A DNA stretch of 63,638 nt, filler included, from Octopus bimaculoides (GCF_001194135.2; 4 parts of 4 records of this genome joined end to end with filler, not necessarily neighbours in it); one strand, 5' to 3'. Shown: positions 49,907 to 63,616, counted from the first letter of the whole stretch. Numbers and translations: made by a program. Notes: generated by a model not told the origin, from the letters alone.

Positions 49907-51184
49907 TATGTATGTATGTATGTATGTATGTGTATATGTGTTCATACATAAATATATATATATACACATGCACATATATCTATTTAAATATGTAATATAT
50001 TAATATATGTAGATGTATATATACGCGTATATATAATATAATTACACATCCATATACATACATACANNNNNNNNNNNNNNNNNNNNNNNNNNNNNNNNNN
50101 NNNNNNNGCCCGACGTTACAAAAGTACTGGGATCAAATTGGACCATCAAACCAGTTGTTTAACAAGGCCATAATCTAATAGCTTCAACATGCATGATATA
50201 AAAGATATAACATTGCTTATTCCATACAAACAAGACTATGAAGTAATTTTTAGCTTTATTCTATATGATCAGAATGGGACAAAGATTCTTTAGTCACTGA
50301 CCTGTATGTGAGCCTGTAATACTAGTGTATGGAAATATGTACATAACACTCGTGTCTTCTATATTGGTCCTATGATGCCGATTCTCTCATGTAATTACTT
50401 GATTTATAACTAGGCTTCACCACAAGAAAATATATTGAATTCGGCATTTTAAAATTGCAAATACATTTAATCAATTGCCGAACGTGTGGAATTTTTATTT
50501 GATTTCTTTAATTTATTTTTGTTTGTTTGGGAATATCTGTTAAAAGTGCACCATAAATTTCCTGAAAACACGATGGCGTTGTGTTCTCGTTGGGCAACAA
50601 TGAAGGCATATTACATTTTGGTGTATGTATGCATGCAAGCATATATGTATGAATCTACTTGTGTATGTAGGCGTGTGTATAAAGATATATATATATATAT
50701 GCACACACGCACACACAAACACACATATATAATATATATATGTATATATATACACACACACACACATNNNNNNNNNNCAAACACACATATATAATATATA
50801 TATGTATATATATACACACACACACACATACATACAGGCACATACACAAACACATATATGCACGTACACGGGTGTCTATATCTGTCAATCAATTTATATG
50901 TGAGGGGATGCATGTGTGTATATATGTAGGTATGTAAGTATGTATACGGCGTACATACAGACGTACCATACTTTTGCATACGTAGTTTTCTATATCTATC
51001 TATCTAGCTCTCTTTTACTTCAAGTGGTGTTTTGTACTTAATAGAAATGAACTAATGTATTTTGTGAGAGGGTGCATTTGATGACATAAAGCCCATTTCT
51101 CAACTGCTACTAATTTAACGAACCCGATGCGACGATGAATGAACAAGCTGAACTCGGGGAAATGAAACACATCGTCCCTAACAC

Positions 51185-51305
51185 TGAACCGGTACTAATT
51201 TTACTCAACTCGGAAGCAGCAATATCAAATTCGACCTCGGTAGTTTTTGAAACGGAAACACAAAGACGTACGAAATTCTGCTAAGCATTTTGTCCAGCAT
51301 GCTAA
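51185..51305 (-). mobile_element. Old OK-like SINE fragment
   Basis: ccggtactaatttt...ttcgacctcgg...aaagacgtacgaaatt...gctaagcattttgtccagcatgctaa. Confidence 0.65.
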
Positions 51306-51319
51306 GTGGATACAACTGA

Positions 51320-51440
51320 TATATGTTACATATGGATGATCTCAGGCTGTGTAATGTAAAGACGAACTACTGAAAATATTACTACAGTTAATGCATGAAT
51401 TTACCAAAGATATAAATATGAAATTCGGCTTAGCAAATTA
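51320..51440 (+). mobile_element. R4/Dong-type RT catalytic-motif fragment
   Basis: YMLHMDDLRLC, then after a frameshift DELLKILLQLMHEFTKDINMKFGLAN (L.YMDDLKL...DI.M.FGL.K pattern). Confidence 0.72.
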
Positions 51441-52427
51441 GCCGATATCAACCTAATTAATAAAACAATACCAAACTACGTAAAGGAAAAGAAATAGAAG
51501 AAACTAACAAAAATAGAAGGATAGGCAGATGACAATGAATGCTATAAAATGGTTGGTTGGTGATTTACACACACTACGGAATATGGGTCTGTCTCTACAA
51601 CGTTTACCTTCGACAGACAACCGCCAATGCACATGTGTTGATATTTCTTTCTTCATATATAATTATTATTGATGTATAAGCGAGAAACCGAAGAGAAACA
51701 GCAATGTGCAAATAGAGAGAGGTCTTGTATAAATATGGATGCATATGAAATTAAAATTTACAATTTTACTGACAGGTTTGCAATTTTCGTATACAAATTT
51801 GCAGTCCATATGTTTACATTTTCACGCACGTGTTGCTGTGGCGGTGCATCAGAGGAAAGCTATTTTTCGTTGTTGAATGTTTAATTATTGTATCTTTGTA
51901 AATTTGTTACAGACAAGACGACTGTGTAAACCATTTAACATTTGCATTTTGTATCTAATGCTATTTAGCTACTGACAAGCTTTTAGTCACTATTTATGGG
52001 TATTACATAACTTTGACACACATTGTTTTAGTACAATACAAGCCGGAATTGTTTTAAAAGATAACTTACGCAATATCATATGTTTATACTTTGATAACAT
52101 ATCCATCAAAGATTTGCTTGTGTGAATCATAACCTGTATAACAACTATATTTATCCTTTTTAAAACATCTTTTCTCATATTGTCTCTATGCATTTTGCTT
52201 ATATCGTTTTAACTTCATATATATTGCTTCATAGATTTTATATTTAATGTTATGCTATTAATTTGTCTTAGAATTATTTCTTTGTCTTCTTTGGAATACT
52301 GGATGACTTCAAAACTCCAACATACATGTATGCAATAATATTAAGTCACTACCCTCAGGAAATTAATAAAATGTGATGTATATCAGAAAAATATTTACAC
52401 AAATACAGGTTGCTGCAAATAATAATC

Positions 52428-52485
<58 letters not shown>

Positions 52486-54268
52486 TAATAATAAAACGAA
52501 AAATCGAGATTCATGAGTCTTGAAGGTTTCAGCAGAAAAGTCAAAGCTAAACCGATTCAATCATGCTGTAAACAGAAAAAATATAGACGTCATTATTTCC
52601 TGTCTAATTTTACGAGCGCTACGCGAGTGGCTGTGTGAAATATAGCAGTTTTGTGTGTTACAATCTTGAAGATGGTGAGATACATGAATATGTATGATGC
52701 ATTCAGTATTAATCTGAAATATATGGAGGTTATAATTTACCGTGACAACTTTTACAGCATTGAAATATTTTATTAGCTGTACAGAATACAATACAATCCC
52801 CGAGTGCTGTACATTGGGTGGCTTTGTGGCAGCTTGGTTTTTTATATATATATACGATACTGAAAAACAAAACCAAAAATCTCTAATATGTATAAGTATA
52901 GTATTTAGTGAAACATAAGTTATGTGTCTTGGATTTGGCAGTTTGTCCGTCTACCAATTTTCATTTGTTTAAAATTCAATCCATTTAATACCAAATACAT
53001 AATGAAAATAGTAATAATCTAAGCAATAAATCCTAATCTTCTTAACTCCACTTCAATCTTAGCCTTTGCAAAGACGCGGTATTTTACTCTGACATCTAAA
53101 TTATTAAGCATCTGTTTCAAGACCACTCATAGTGCTGCAAGAGCTGTATGCATGTATATGTGTGCAAATAGTAACACACACGCACACCCAGACATATGCG
53201 CACACACACACACACACACGCTTATTAACATATGCATGCACACACAACACACACACAAACACACACACAAGCACACAAACGCCCACATATACATGCGGTT
53301 CTATGTGTGCTTGAGCGAATTCAGTCAAGCTCTAATGTACACATACAAGTATATGCATTATCAAAGAAGCGACTGGAAAAAAGAAAATCTCTCACGCAAA
53401 ATATAATTGTGCTTGATTGTAAAACCTACCACTTTTGAGTATTCACCATGTTTAACGAAACAGATAAATGTAAATTTATATGTAGATAATAATTATTTAT
53501 ATGTAAATAATCGCATCCAAATGAAAATTCAGGTGAATACTGTTCCAGAATGTTTAGAGTGTCGTGGATGTAGTAACGAAGGAAACCCCAAAATTTTGCG
53601 TAAAAAATATATATATTAATAATTATGAATAACTTAAAGGTAGCAGTCTTTAGGAACCTCTCAAGGTATTCCACTTTTTATTAAAATATTCTTAAACAAA
53701 TTTAATTATCTGCATTCTAAATGTGACAACATGAGGTGCTATGCTCGTATGATACATACTAACGTCTTAAAAGTACATTTTATTCACATTTTATTAAAAT
53801 AATTTAACAGAGTTTAAAGTCATGTGTACCTTACCGGAATGTGGTTTAATTATATATATATATANNNNNNNNNNNNNNNNNNNNNNNNNNNNNNNNNNNN
53901 NNNNNNNNNNNNNNNNNNNNNNNNNNNNNNNNNNNNNNNNNNNNNNNNNNNNNNNNNNNNNNNNNNNNNNNNNNNNNNNNNNNNNNNNNNNNNNNNNNNN
54001 NNNNNNNNNNNNNNNNNNNNNNNNNNNNNNNNNNNNNNNNNNNNNNNNNNNNNNNNNNNNNNNNNNNNNNNNNNNNNNNNNNNNNNNNNNNNNNNNNNNN
54101 NNNNNNNNNNNNNNNNNNNNNNNNNNNNNNNNNNNNNNNNNNNNNNNNNNNNNNNNNNNNNNNNNNNNNNAGCAATACATGTTTTTACAAAACATGCATA
54201 CATATTTTAGTATAACGATCCTAATTGCATTCTAAAATAGATTTTATTCTGATAGAAAATAAACTACA

Positions 54269-54317
<49 letters not shown>

Positions 54318-55475
54318 ATATATTTTTTTTTGATAAGCTGATTTCATTATTTACGTTTACATTTCAGCACAAAAATGTCAGTTTAAGGTGCAACGTGGCA
54401 GAACTCCATCTGTTAGGATGATGGCAGGGAATAGTACACACATATTTGTTAAAAGCATAAAGCTGTTAAATCCTTCTTTGTAATACGTACGAAATTCTCC
54501 TGCAATCTTAGCTAAAATATATTTTGTTTCGATAGAACGACTGAACCAACATATGATTTATAAGAACATAAATACAATAGGAATTTGAGGACCCATCTTA
54601 TATGTTCATACAACAATTCCATTGTCCAGTAATCGCAAGAATATGTTTAACATTTGTACCATTAGCTAAACCATTTTCATTTGGGTTCATATTTAGTACC
54701 ACGTACCTTCAAATCCTTGATGCTTACAAGTAGGTGTTTAATATGTAAATTGGTATATTCAACAACTTAACACCGCTGAGTGCGGTGGCTATATTAGCAA
54801 TGTATTCGGAAAATGGCATATAATCTCATTACTTACTTTTGTACCCTATCTCATTTTTTCTTAACATCTGACGTCTAGATACGAAACGTTGTAGCAAAAA
54901 TCTGCGCAAGCTATAAATTCTATAGAATATCTAGAAACGCACTTAATGAAACTCATATTTAGTATTCCTACACTTCACACACCAGCTCGTCGCCAAAAGT
55001 GACGACATATTCCGTCTACTTAGGTGCGATGAGGAGTATTAAAACTATTAATATTTTACCGTTTAAAAGGATTATTAATTTTGAACGTGTTAAGTTTACA
55101 TTTGTTAAATGCATCAGTGTTCATAACACTTCGGACAATAATAACAAAGAACACATGTACGATTTGCATTTGAACTATAATAATATTAGGAGTATTAAAT
55201 GCGTGGGAAGTTTCGAAAAACGATTTTTAAACATTTAGATTAGATTAATATATTCTGGAATAAAATCGTTGCATTTTGCAGATTCAAAATATTTTCTTGC
55301 ATTTGAGATGCAAAACGAAATATTTTATCTGCATTAATCCGTATAATCAGCACCATTGCAATTTATGCTTTCCGGTGATATTTAATTCCGAAAGTGATAC
55401 CTCCTAACATCAAGTTTGCCATTTAAAACATATATAAACATCACTCTACCTATCTCTCTCTATCTCTCTCTCTCT

Positions 55476-55517
<42 letters not shown>

Positions 55518-56226
55518 TACACACTCTATCATATATATNNNNNNNNNNNNNNNNNNNNNNNNNNNNNNNNNNNNNNNNNNNNNNNNNNNNNNNNNNNNNN
55601 NNNNNNNNNNNNNNNNNNNNNNNNNNNNNNNNNNNNNNNNNNNNNNNNNNNNNNNNNNNNNNNNNNNNNNNNNNNNNNNNNNNNNNNNNNNNNNNNNNNN
55701 NNNNNNNNNNNNNNNNNNNNNNNNNNNNNNNNNNNNNNNNNNNNNNNNNNNNNNNNNNNNNNNNNNNNNNNNNNNNNNNNNNNNNNNNNNNNNNNNNNNN
55801 NNNNNNNNNNNNNNNNNNNNNNNNNNNNNNNNNNNNNNNNNNNNNNNNNNNNNNNNNNNNNNNNNNNNNNNNNNNNNNNNNNNNNNNNNNNNNNNNNNNN
55901 NNNNNNNNNNNNNNNNNNNNNNNNNNNNNNNNNNNNNNNNNNNNNNNNNNNNNNNNNNNNNNNNNNNNNNNNNNNNNNNNNNNNNNNNNNNNNNNNNNNN
56001 NNNNNNNNNNNNNNNNNNNNNNNNNNNNNNNNNNNNNNNNNNNNNNNNNNNNNNNNNNNNNNNNNNNNNNNNNNNNNNNNNNNNNNNNNNNNNNNNNNNN
56101 NNNNNNNNNNNNNNNNNNNNNNNNNNNNNNNNNNNNNNNNNNNNNNNNNNNNNNNNNNNNNNNNNNNNNNNNNNNNNNNNNNNNNNNNNNNNNNAAAGTT
56201 ACCATTCAGTAAAACTCTCTCTAGTT

Positions 56227-56726
56227 CGGGGTCACCAAACTACGGTCCACGATCCAGTCCACGTTTATTCGGCCGCCTGCTGCGCTATGCCTTTTGTATA
56301 AGCACCTGCAGTGAGATCTCATTCACCTCTGGTATGGTATCAGTGTTTGGAACAACTTATGTCTGTGAGCAAACATTTTCAAAAATGAAGAATATGAAGT
56401 CAGCACGTTGAACGAAGTTGACTGATGAAAGCAGTACTTGTGGTCGGATGCAGCAATTCCAAAGCAAATATTGATGATAGCTTAAAAGCTAAACAACACT
56501 TTCACAAATCTCAATAACCTGTTTTGGGTACTGAGTTTATGAGATTCGGGTACGTGCGCAATGGATGTGATATAACTATCTTAATGCTAGCGCCGCCTTC
56601 GTTGATAACTTTTTGGTAAATAAATATGCCGATTGTCTTTATTTTTTGTGCATTCAGTGTATTGTTGTCCGCGCTCGTCATTCTCTCAGTTAACTGGCCC
56701 ACCGTGAAAAAAGGTTAGTGACCCTG
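56227..56726 (+). mobile_element. 500-bp non-autonomous hAT (Charlie/SPIN-like) element retaining the transposase C-terminus
   Basis: TIRs cggggtcaccaaact / aggttagtgaccctg (12/15); 8-bp TSD ctctagtt (56219-56226) / ctcttgtt (56727-56734); SVFGTTYVCEQTFSKMKNMKSAR*TKLTDE matches the hAT dimerisation-domain pattern. Confidence 0.92.
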
Positions 56727-59700
56727 CTCTTGTTAAACAATACACTCTGAACTGAAATATTTCTGAAGAATTAGAAGAATATCTCTTATTTTTTTTTAAC
56801 TTTGATATGTAATAAGAGGTATAAATCAATATAAAACATTTAGATAAACGATAAAAATTGAAATGCTGAAATATAATACCAATTCATACTACTTGTCATT
56901 CATTTGATTAACTAATTATAAGTTTGAGCTGGGTAAATAATATCTTACATATGCTGGTTATCGCCTATCAAAATTAAATATCTCTGAGGTGATAGCATAT
57001 TTTAAAATCTTGTGGCACAAAGAAAGATCACTAAACACTCTAGTTATATGTATCATCATATAAAATCTCAAATTAAGAAACTGATCTTTTTTATTATATC
57101 TACATCCAACGAACAAGGATGCGTATAGTACTTTCACAAACATAATACATATTCTAATTAAAGAAGATCAACTGACGTATATAAAATTGATGACGTTAGC
57201 TATGAAATAATAATAGAAGCTTTTAATTTCAGTCTGCAAACATCCTTTATTTTTCAGCCATCCACTCGTACTTAACTGTGATTTTCTCTATATGTCTATT
57301 AGTTTTATATATATATTTGTATGTAGGCATGTGTGTATGCGTGCATGTGTGTCAGTGTGTGTAAGAGGATTTGTATGTGTATGTGTTTGTGCTGTTCCCT
57401 TGGTTTCACTGAAAGCTCTAAAATATAAATGGAGAAATAGAAGGAATATTTAACTAATATTAAGCAAACGTATACATACTTATGCCCACAGCTGTATACG
57501 CGTGTATATGTGTGTACAAGTGGGTGAGGTGGGGTGTCCATGCTTGCGTTCGTGCGCTTGCGTGTGTGAGCGCGCCCGTGTGAGTGTGTGTGGGGGGTGT
57601 CGTTTCTGAGAAAGGAGCAGATCAGCCTGGTGGTAATGATGCTGCTAATGATCATTCAAAACGGTTTCAGGTCATTCCATGCCGGAAATACGTAATAAGG
57701 AAAGAGATTTACGAGTGTCTGTGCATCAAAGGTTTGAAAGTTTGGCCTTAGAGATAAGTACGGTGTAATTAAAGGGAGGAAACCGCAACTCTGAGAAGAG
57801 TTTGAGAAATAAGTTTGTCCGTTATGCCCGATGCACGATACGAACGTGCTCTGAGGAACAAAGGTTATTACATCGGCAATAGAAAGGATGCTGCGCACGT
57901 TGGCTAGTTCAAGTGATGATAATGCATACTGAGAAGGGTTAGAGACAACAGATAGAAACATACTAAACAATATATTTGTATCAAATTATATTGGAGCACT
58001 AATGACTCTTTAGAATTATTTCTAGCATTGTTAAATGTCTACTCCAAAGGAGAATAATTCAAATAACACATTAGGTATATAATAGAACGTCGATGACGCA
58101 AAGCTGTGTTTGATATTACTATGATTTTCGCCACAAGACATCCGGAAACTTACGTTCAGCAGAGTAATTATATATGAAGATGTGAGCGGAAAAGTCGTAA
58201 TGTTATGAAGCTGAATCATTAATTTCATTCATTAGATAATTTCTACAATTGAATTCTGCAGTTAACATCTGTGTTGCCTTTTGCAGTCGATACGATAAAT
58301 CTACATGATTTACAAAATTTCATCAATTATGCATACATACACAAACACAAACGTGCAAGAACATACAGAAACACACGGACAAACAAACCCGCACGCACAT
58401 AAAGACACAGTTATCTTCGCTGAAAATATAGGAGTCAATGCAGAATTTATATACACATATGTTCATTAGTATTCCAGATAATTATGCAATGTATTCTGAA
58501 TGATGCTCTAGTACGTCGATATAACGAACTAAATAATAACCTAATTGTGAAGAATAGTCTAAAATTCACAAATGATAATCATTTGCAACTGGTAATTCAA
58601 ATTACAGTGACGATTACATTCACTTAATTAAGTGCGTCTTATAGAGTAAACTCCAGGTGTGTGGGTTAAATATATCAATTCGAAATCTGTATCGTTCAAC
58701 GTTTGATCACATCCTGCATAGCATTTAAAACAGCATCATGAAACATCCTCTTCTGATTCTTCAGAAAGATGTGAATATATGTATGTATGTATATATTACC
58801 GTAATATTGCCAAAATAATGCCGTATTATAAGCGCCAAGCAGTGTTTAGACATAAGCAAAGCTTCGGATAGTGAAACTATATTATTCTCAATAAACAACT
58901 TCAATGTTTGCTACGGTGACAAATTTTCATGCCATGTACAACAATATTACGTATCGCGAGAATGTTTATAAACATGGATTGAAAATGAAATCACATACGT
59001 GCATCATACATATATTCCTACACACACACTGACATACACACGCGCGTGTGCACACACATGCACGCACACACACATAGAGATAGAGGTATTATAATGTCCG
59101 CTTCCCAACGGGATTATCAATAAAGTATTCAGGTCATGAGAGGTATTATTTAAAGTGTTAGAAAATTGTGGAAAAATCACGGGTAAAAAGCTGAAAACGA
59201 TAGCGAAAACGAGGAACAGAGAGGCTGTGTCCATGTTAACTTTTCGACATCGACTTCAAGCCCAAAGGAGAATTTTTGAAGCATGAAAAATTACTTTTAG
59301 TATATCTCTCAAACAGTTCGTCTATATACCTGAANNNNNNNNNNNNNNNNNNNNNNNNNNNNNNNNNNNNNNNNNNNNNNNNNNNNNNNNNNNNNNNNNN
59401 NNNNNNNNNNNNNNNNNNNNNNNNNNNNNNNNNNTATATATACGCAGACGCATATGTGTATGTATGCATATGGAGTCATGTATGTGTATACAGAATAAGT
59501 CAATTTGTTTATGCAATTATTTCTTGGCTCCATGTGGCAGTCATAATTTGCAAATAAAACACTAGTTTTACACTGTCTTTTACTCCATAGTATTTACACA
59601 ACTTTCTTTAGAGCAACCGTCTGCAGATATTACTTGATTATTTATCACGCATACAGAATATTTTGTGAATATTTATTCCTGCTCTGTAAAGTATTTTTAA

Positions 59701-59955
59701 CCATTTATACTTCATTATTTGATTTTAAACACAAAATGTCTTTCACAACTATCTATTCTATTGTAATTATAATTAATTTATTTAAATTTAATTGCATAAT
59801 AACATTTTTGTTCCATAATTTCAACTTAAGTTTAAATTCTTATGATTTCACCTAAAATTCCAGTTAGGATTTTCCTTTCTAAGTCTGTCAGTTGCCTTTC
59901 TAATACACCCTCCTTGACTTTGCTCACATAGCGTGTGCACACTGTAGCTGTTTTA

Positions 59956-60264
59956 GTGGAGGCACATGGTCTACTGCTTAGAGCAGTGGACTCGCGCTCG
60001 AAGGTTGGTAGCTGCGAACCTCAGACCGGGCGATGTGTGTTTCTGAGTGAAACACCTAAGCTCCACCTTGCTCCGGCAGAAGGTAAGGGCAAACTACTGC
60101 TGATTCTTAGGCCACCAATTTCTCCCACTCTTTCCTCCTGTATCTAACAGCTCCTCTGCGACAGATCGGTTTCCCATCCAGGTCGGGAACCTATACGCCA
60201 AAGAAACAGGGAAACCGGCCCTTATGACCCAGGCATGGCTAGTGAAGGAACCAACAACAACAAC
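59956..60264 (+). mobile_element. tRNA-derived SINE, OR-like head with a different 3' half and a (CAA)n tail
   Basis: First ~190 bp align with the reverse complement of 22200-22381; the 3' part does not align. Confidence 0.8.
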
Positions 60265-61521
60265 ATAGGTATTTTATCTATCATAAAACCGATGTTGCGT
60301 CATTTGTTTTAAACCACCCGATTTTGCTGGGAGAGATTATGATATTCCATTCTTTAGATATTCTTGACTGTGTGTGCTTGTGAATTTAAAATTTATATAC
60401 AAACCATGGTACCAATTCATGGTAAGTACGATTATTTTCTTAGACATTAAATTTCAAAGTAAACAACTATAAAAGCTATCAAACATATACGTCAGACAGC
60501 TATTTCTCTATATTCATCTCTGTCTCTTTCTAACTATATATTTTTTATTTAAAAGAGAAAGAAAAACAACAGCGTCTACATTTTTTCACTATGATTTTTC
60601 GACAAGAAATATTTATATCGAAATGATAGTGATATACATATGTCTAGTGTGAATTATATTGTTTCTGTTTTCTTTCTTATAACATAAACAAATTGAAAAG
60701 TATTCGGTATTTAGATATATTTCAGCATACGCTAAAGGACATTATTCCAATTCTAGAAGCTATAAGGAATATATATATCCGCAAAAACATATACACACAT
60801 GTGCTAGTGTTTGATTCTAGTTTTCTATTTAGGCTAGGTTTATTTTCTGTTACGTAAATAACTTCCCTAATTTATCTAAACGGTACGTCTGTTCTATGTG
60901 TGCACCAGATTTTAACTTCTATGTTGTTGAGTGAGCCCCCGTGTGCAGCATGCTAGTATAGAACCGATGAGATCTTCCCTCCAATTGACATTTACTCGTT
61001 CTCCTACGCTCTGTGCGGTGTCCCCTACGTACGTCGTTGTCTTGGAGGGAGGTGATCGTTGAGTCTCAGACTAAATTCCATTATAATATCATCCATCGCA
61101 CCGCTGGAAGCACGAGACAAATCGTTTGTGCTTAATCGCTTCTTAAATTTGTTATGGGGTTGTTTCTGCAAGCTCCCGACTGTATATCCAGTATAACTAA
61201 ACGTTCAAAATCGCATTAATCTTCTATCAGACACCAGCCTACGAATGCACACTAGAAGCCTCACTAATGATGATGAATGGAATTTACTGAAGGACGTTAA
61301 AGTCAGTTAAAACACAAACACAAGGAGAGTTTAAGCAATATTAAAAAAAACTGAATAGCCTCATCTTGACAGCGACATCTGGTACTTAGAATCAGATGCA
61401 TTATAGTTAAAAAGTACAACTTGTATAAAGTGTTACAAATGAGGAGACAAGCTGTCATATAGTATAAAATAAGTAGACGAAAATGCATGGACCTGCGGTT
61501 TTAGACGGGTTTTGCTTGACC

Positions 61522-61597
61522 ACTAACTAACTAACTAACTAACTAACCAACTAACTAACTAACTAACTAACTTACTAACTAACCAACTAACTAACTA
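61522..61597 (+). repeat. (ACTA)n microsatellite
   Basis: Near-perfect run. Confidence 0.97.
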
Positions 61598-62109
61598 TCT
61601 CCGTGGCTAATTTACTTACTAAATGAATACGTAGTTAATTAAATATATAGCTGCTTGAGTAAGATTTGAATATTAAAAATGATATCATAGTTTGATTGTC
61701 ACTTTGAACTATGTGCGACTCTTGGAAATTTTAATATGTTGCTCATTTGGCACACGATAGATGTCCCTTAAATTAGCGAACTAAGGATGAAAAAAGCTGC
61801 ATAATTTGCATATTAAAGAAACGAATAATTACTAGTATCTCATAAGTCTTCGATCGTTTAAAATTTTGGTTAGAACTTCACCGCAGTTTTTATATGACAA
61901 ATTGTATTGGCTTTTGTTCTGCTTCCATTTCCGACGATACTATTGCTCATTACATGATTTCATTAAAACAACGGGAATTAACACTTTATATACCAGCAAT
62001 GAATACGTTTAGGATCAGATGGGCTTTGATTTTAATCTTTCTGGATATCACACACATACATAGACCGTCACATACGTGTATATATGTGTGTGTATATATA
62101 TATATATAT

Positions 62110-62209
62110 NNNNNNNNNNNNNNNNNNNNNNNNNNNNNNNNNNNNNNNNNNNNTTAATTAATTAANNNNNNNNNNNNNNNNNNNNNNNNNNNNNNNNNNN
62201 NNNNNNNNN
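62110..62209. other. Assembly spacer: 44 N + TTAATTAATTAA + 44 N
   Basis: Same layout as 15911-16010. Confidence 0.95.
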
Positions 62210-62257
62210 AGAGAGAGAGAGAGAGAGAGAGATGGATAGATACATTTATACATACGT

Positions 62258-62433
62258 GCGGGAGTGGCGGTGTGGTAAGAAGATTGCTTCTCAACCACAT
62301 GTTTCCGGGTTCAGTCCCACTGTGTGGCACCTTGGATAAGTGTCTTTTGCAATAGCCTCGGGCCGACCAAAGCTTTGTGAGTGGATTTGGTAAACGGAGA
62401 CTAAAAGAAGCTTGTCGTATATATGTACATATA

Positions 62434-62466
<33 letters not shown>

Positions 62467-62745
62467 GTATGTATGCATGTATGTATGCATGTATGTATGT
62501 ATGTATGTATGTATGTATGTATGTATGTATGTATGTATGCATGTATTTGTTCCCCAACCATTGCTTGACAACCAATGTTGGAGTGTTTACATCTCCGTAA
62601 CTTGACGGTTCGGCAAAAGAGCCTGGTAGAATAAATACTAAGCTTACAAAGAATAAGTCCCGGGGTCTATTTGTTCGACTAAAGTTGATGCTCCAGCACA
62701 GCCGCAGTCAAATGACAGAAACAAGTAAATGAATAAAAGAATAAA
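62258..62745 (+). mobile_element. Full-length CORE-like SINE with an internal (TATG)n tract
   Basis: gggagtggcggtgtggtaag...gggttcagtcccactgtgtggcaccttgg...cagccgcagtcaaatgacagaaacaag. Confidence 0.93.
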
Positions 62746-62780
<35 letters not shown>

Positions 62781-62782
<2 letters not shown>

Positions 62783-63144
62783 ATAATAACAAACGGTGGA
62801 TGAGTGTCAATTCATTACAGCTGTTTCCAACGAAATTTTTATATGGTCATTATAATGGTCATTATATCATTACAAAAAACCGTTGTCTTCAGTTGTTATC
62901 GTCAGTACACGAACCACTATATTAGGAACATTTAAACTATTGAAAATTTGCTTAACATTTTTAAATGCTTTAAAAATATTTTAATGTTTTTAAATGTTCA
63001 TAAATGTTCCTAATATTGTGGTTGATTTACTTATCTGAAGAAAACGGCTTTTTGTGAAATAATGTACCCATTATAATCAATTTTAAAATTCGTCGGAAAC
63101 AGCAGTAATGAACTGACACCTATCCATCCGTATTTGTTTATTTA
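62781..63144. mobile_element. ~360-bp fold-back (palindromic) MITE-like element
   Basis: Left arm acggtggatgagtgtcaattcattacagctgtttccaacgaa...aaccactatattaggaacattt matches the reverse complement of the right arm (acggatggataggtgtcagttcattactgctgtttccgacgaa...aaccacaatattaggaacattt). Confidence 0.88.
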
Positions 63145-63417
63145 CTTATAATCCACGTTTCTCGGAACTTGCTCCTCGCGTGTTCCGAAGTATATTATGG
63201 ACACTATATTTAATACAATGTGCGTTTCTGGTTTAGCTCAATGGCTAGTAATATACTCAGCAGGGTTCAATTAATTGTATACATAACCTGAATATCTTTA
63301 TGCCTGTGGTTCGGTACCAACGTTTGTATTCGTCTATAGTTGGTGTGTATGAATTTTAAATTTGGCCAGGCCCGGTGCTTTACCATTTAAGTGCCCGGTC
63401 CACCTGAATATATATAT

Positions 63418-63616
63418 TCTTTTACTCTTTTACTTGTTTCAGTCATTTGACTGCGGCCATGCTGGAGCACCGTCTTTAGTCGAACAAATCGACCCTAGGA
63501 CTTATTCTTCGTAAGTCTGGTAGTTATATTATCGGTATTTTTGCTGAACCACTAAGTTACGTGGACTTAAACACTCCAGCATCGATTATCAAGCGATGGT
63601 GGGGGACAAACACAGA
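63418..63616 (-). mobile_element. CORE-like SINE 3' half
   Basis: cttttactcttttacttgtttcagtcatttgactgcggccatgctggagcaccg...gggggacaaacac. Confidence 0.92.

Noticed and set aside
50716-50829. 52-bp direct repeat on both sides of a 10-N gap
   Set aside because: An exact duplication of contig ends across a minimal gap is an assembly overlap artefact.
57656-57970. 104-aa minus ORF and an overlapping plus frame that looks signal-peptide-like
   Set aside because: No homology recognised and no consistent splice or start context; cannot be supported.
59004-59234. ATG-initiated ORF with a signal-peptide-like start (MDTASLFLVFAIVFSFLP...)
   Set aside because: It runs into a (TG)n repeat with no donor site; likely chance.
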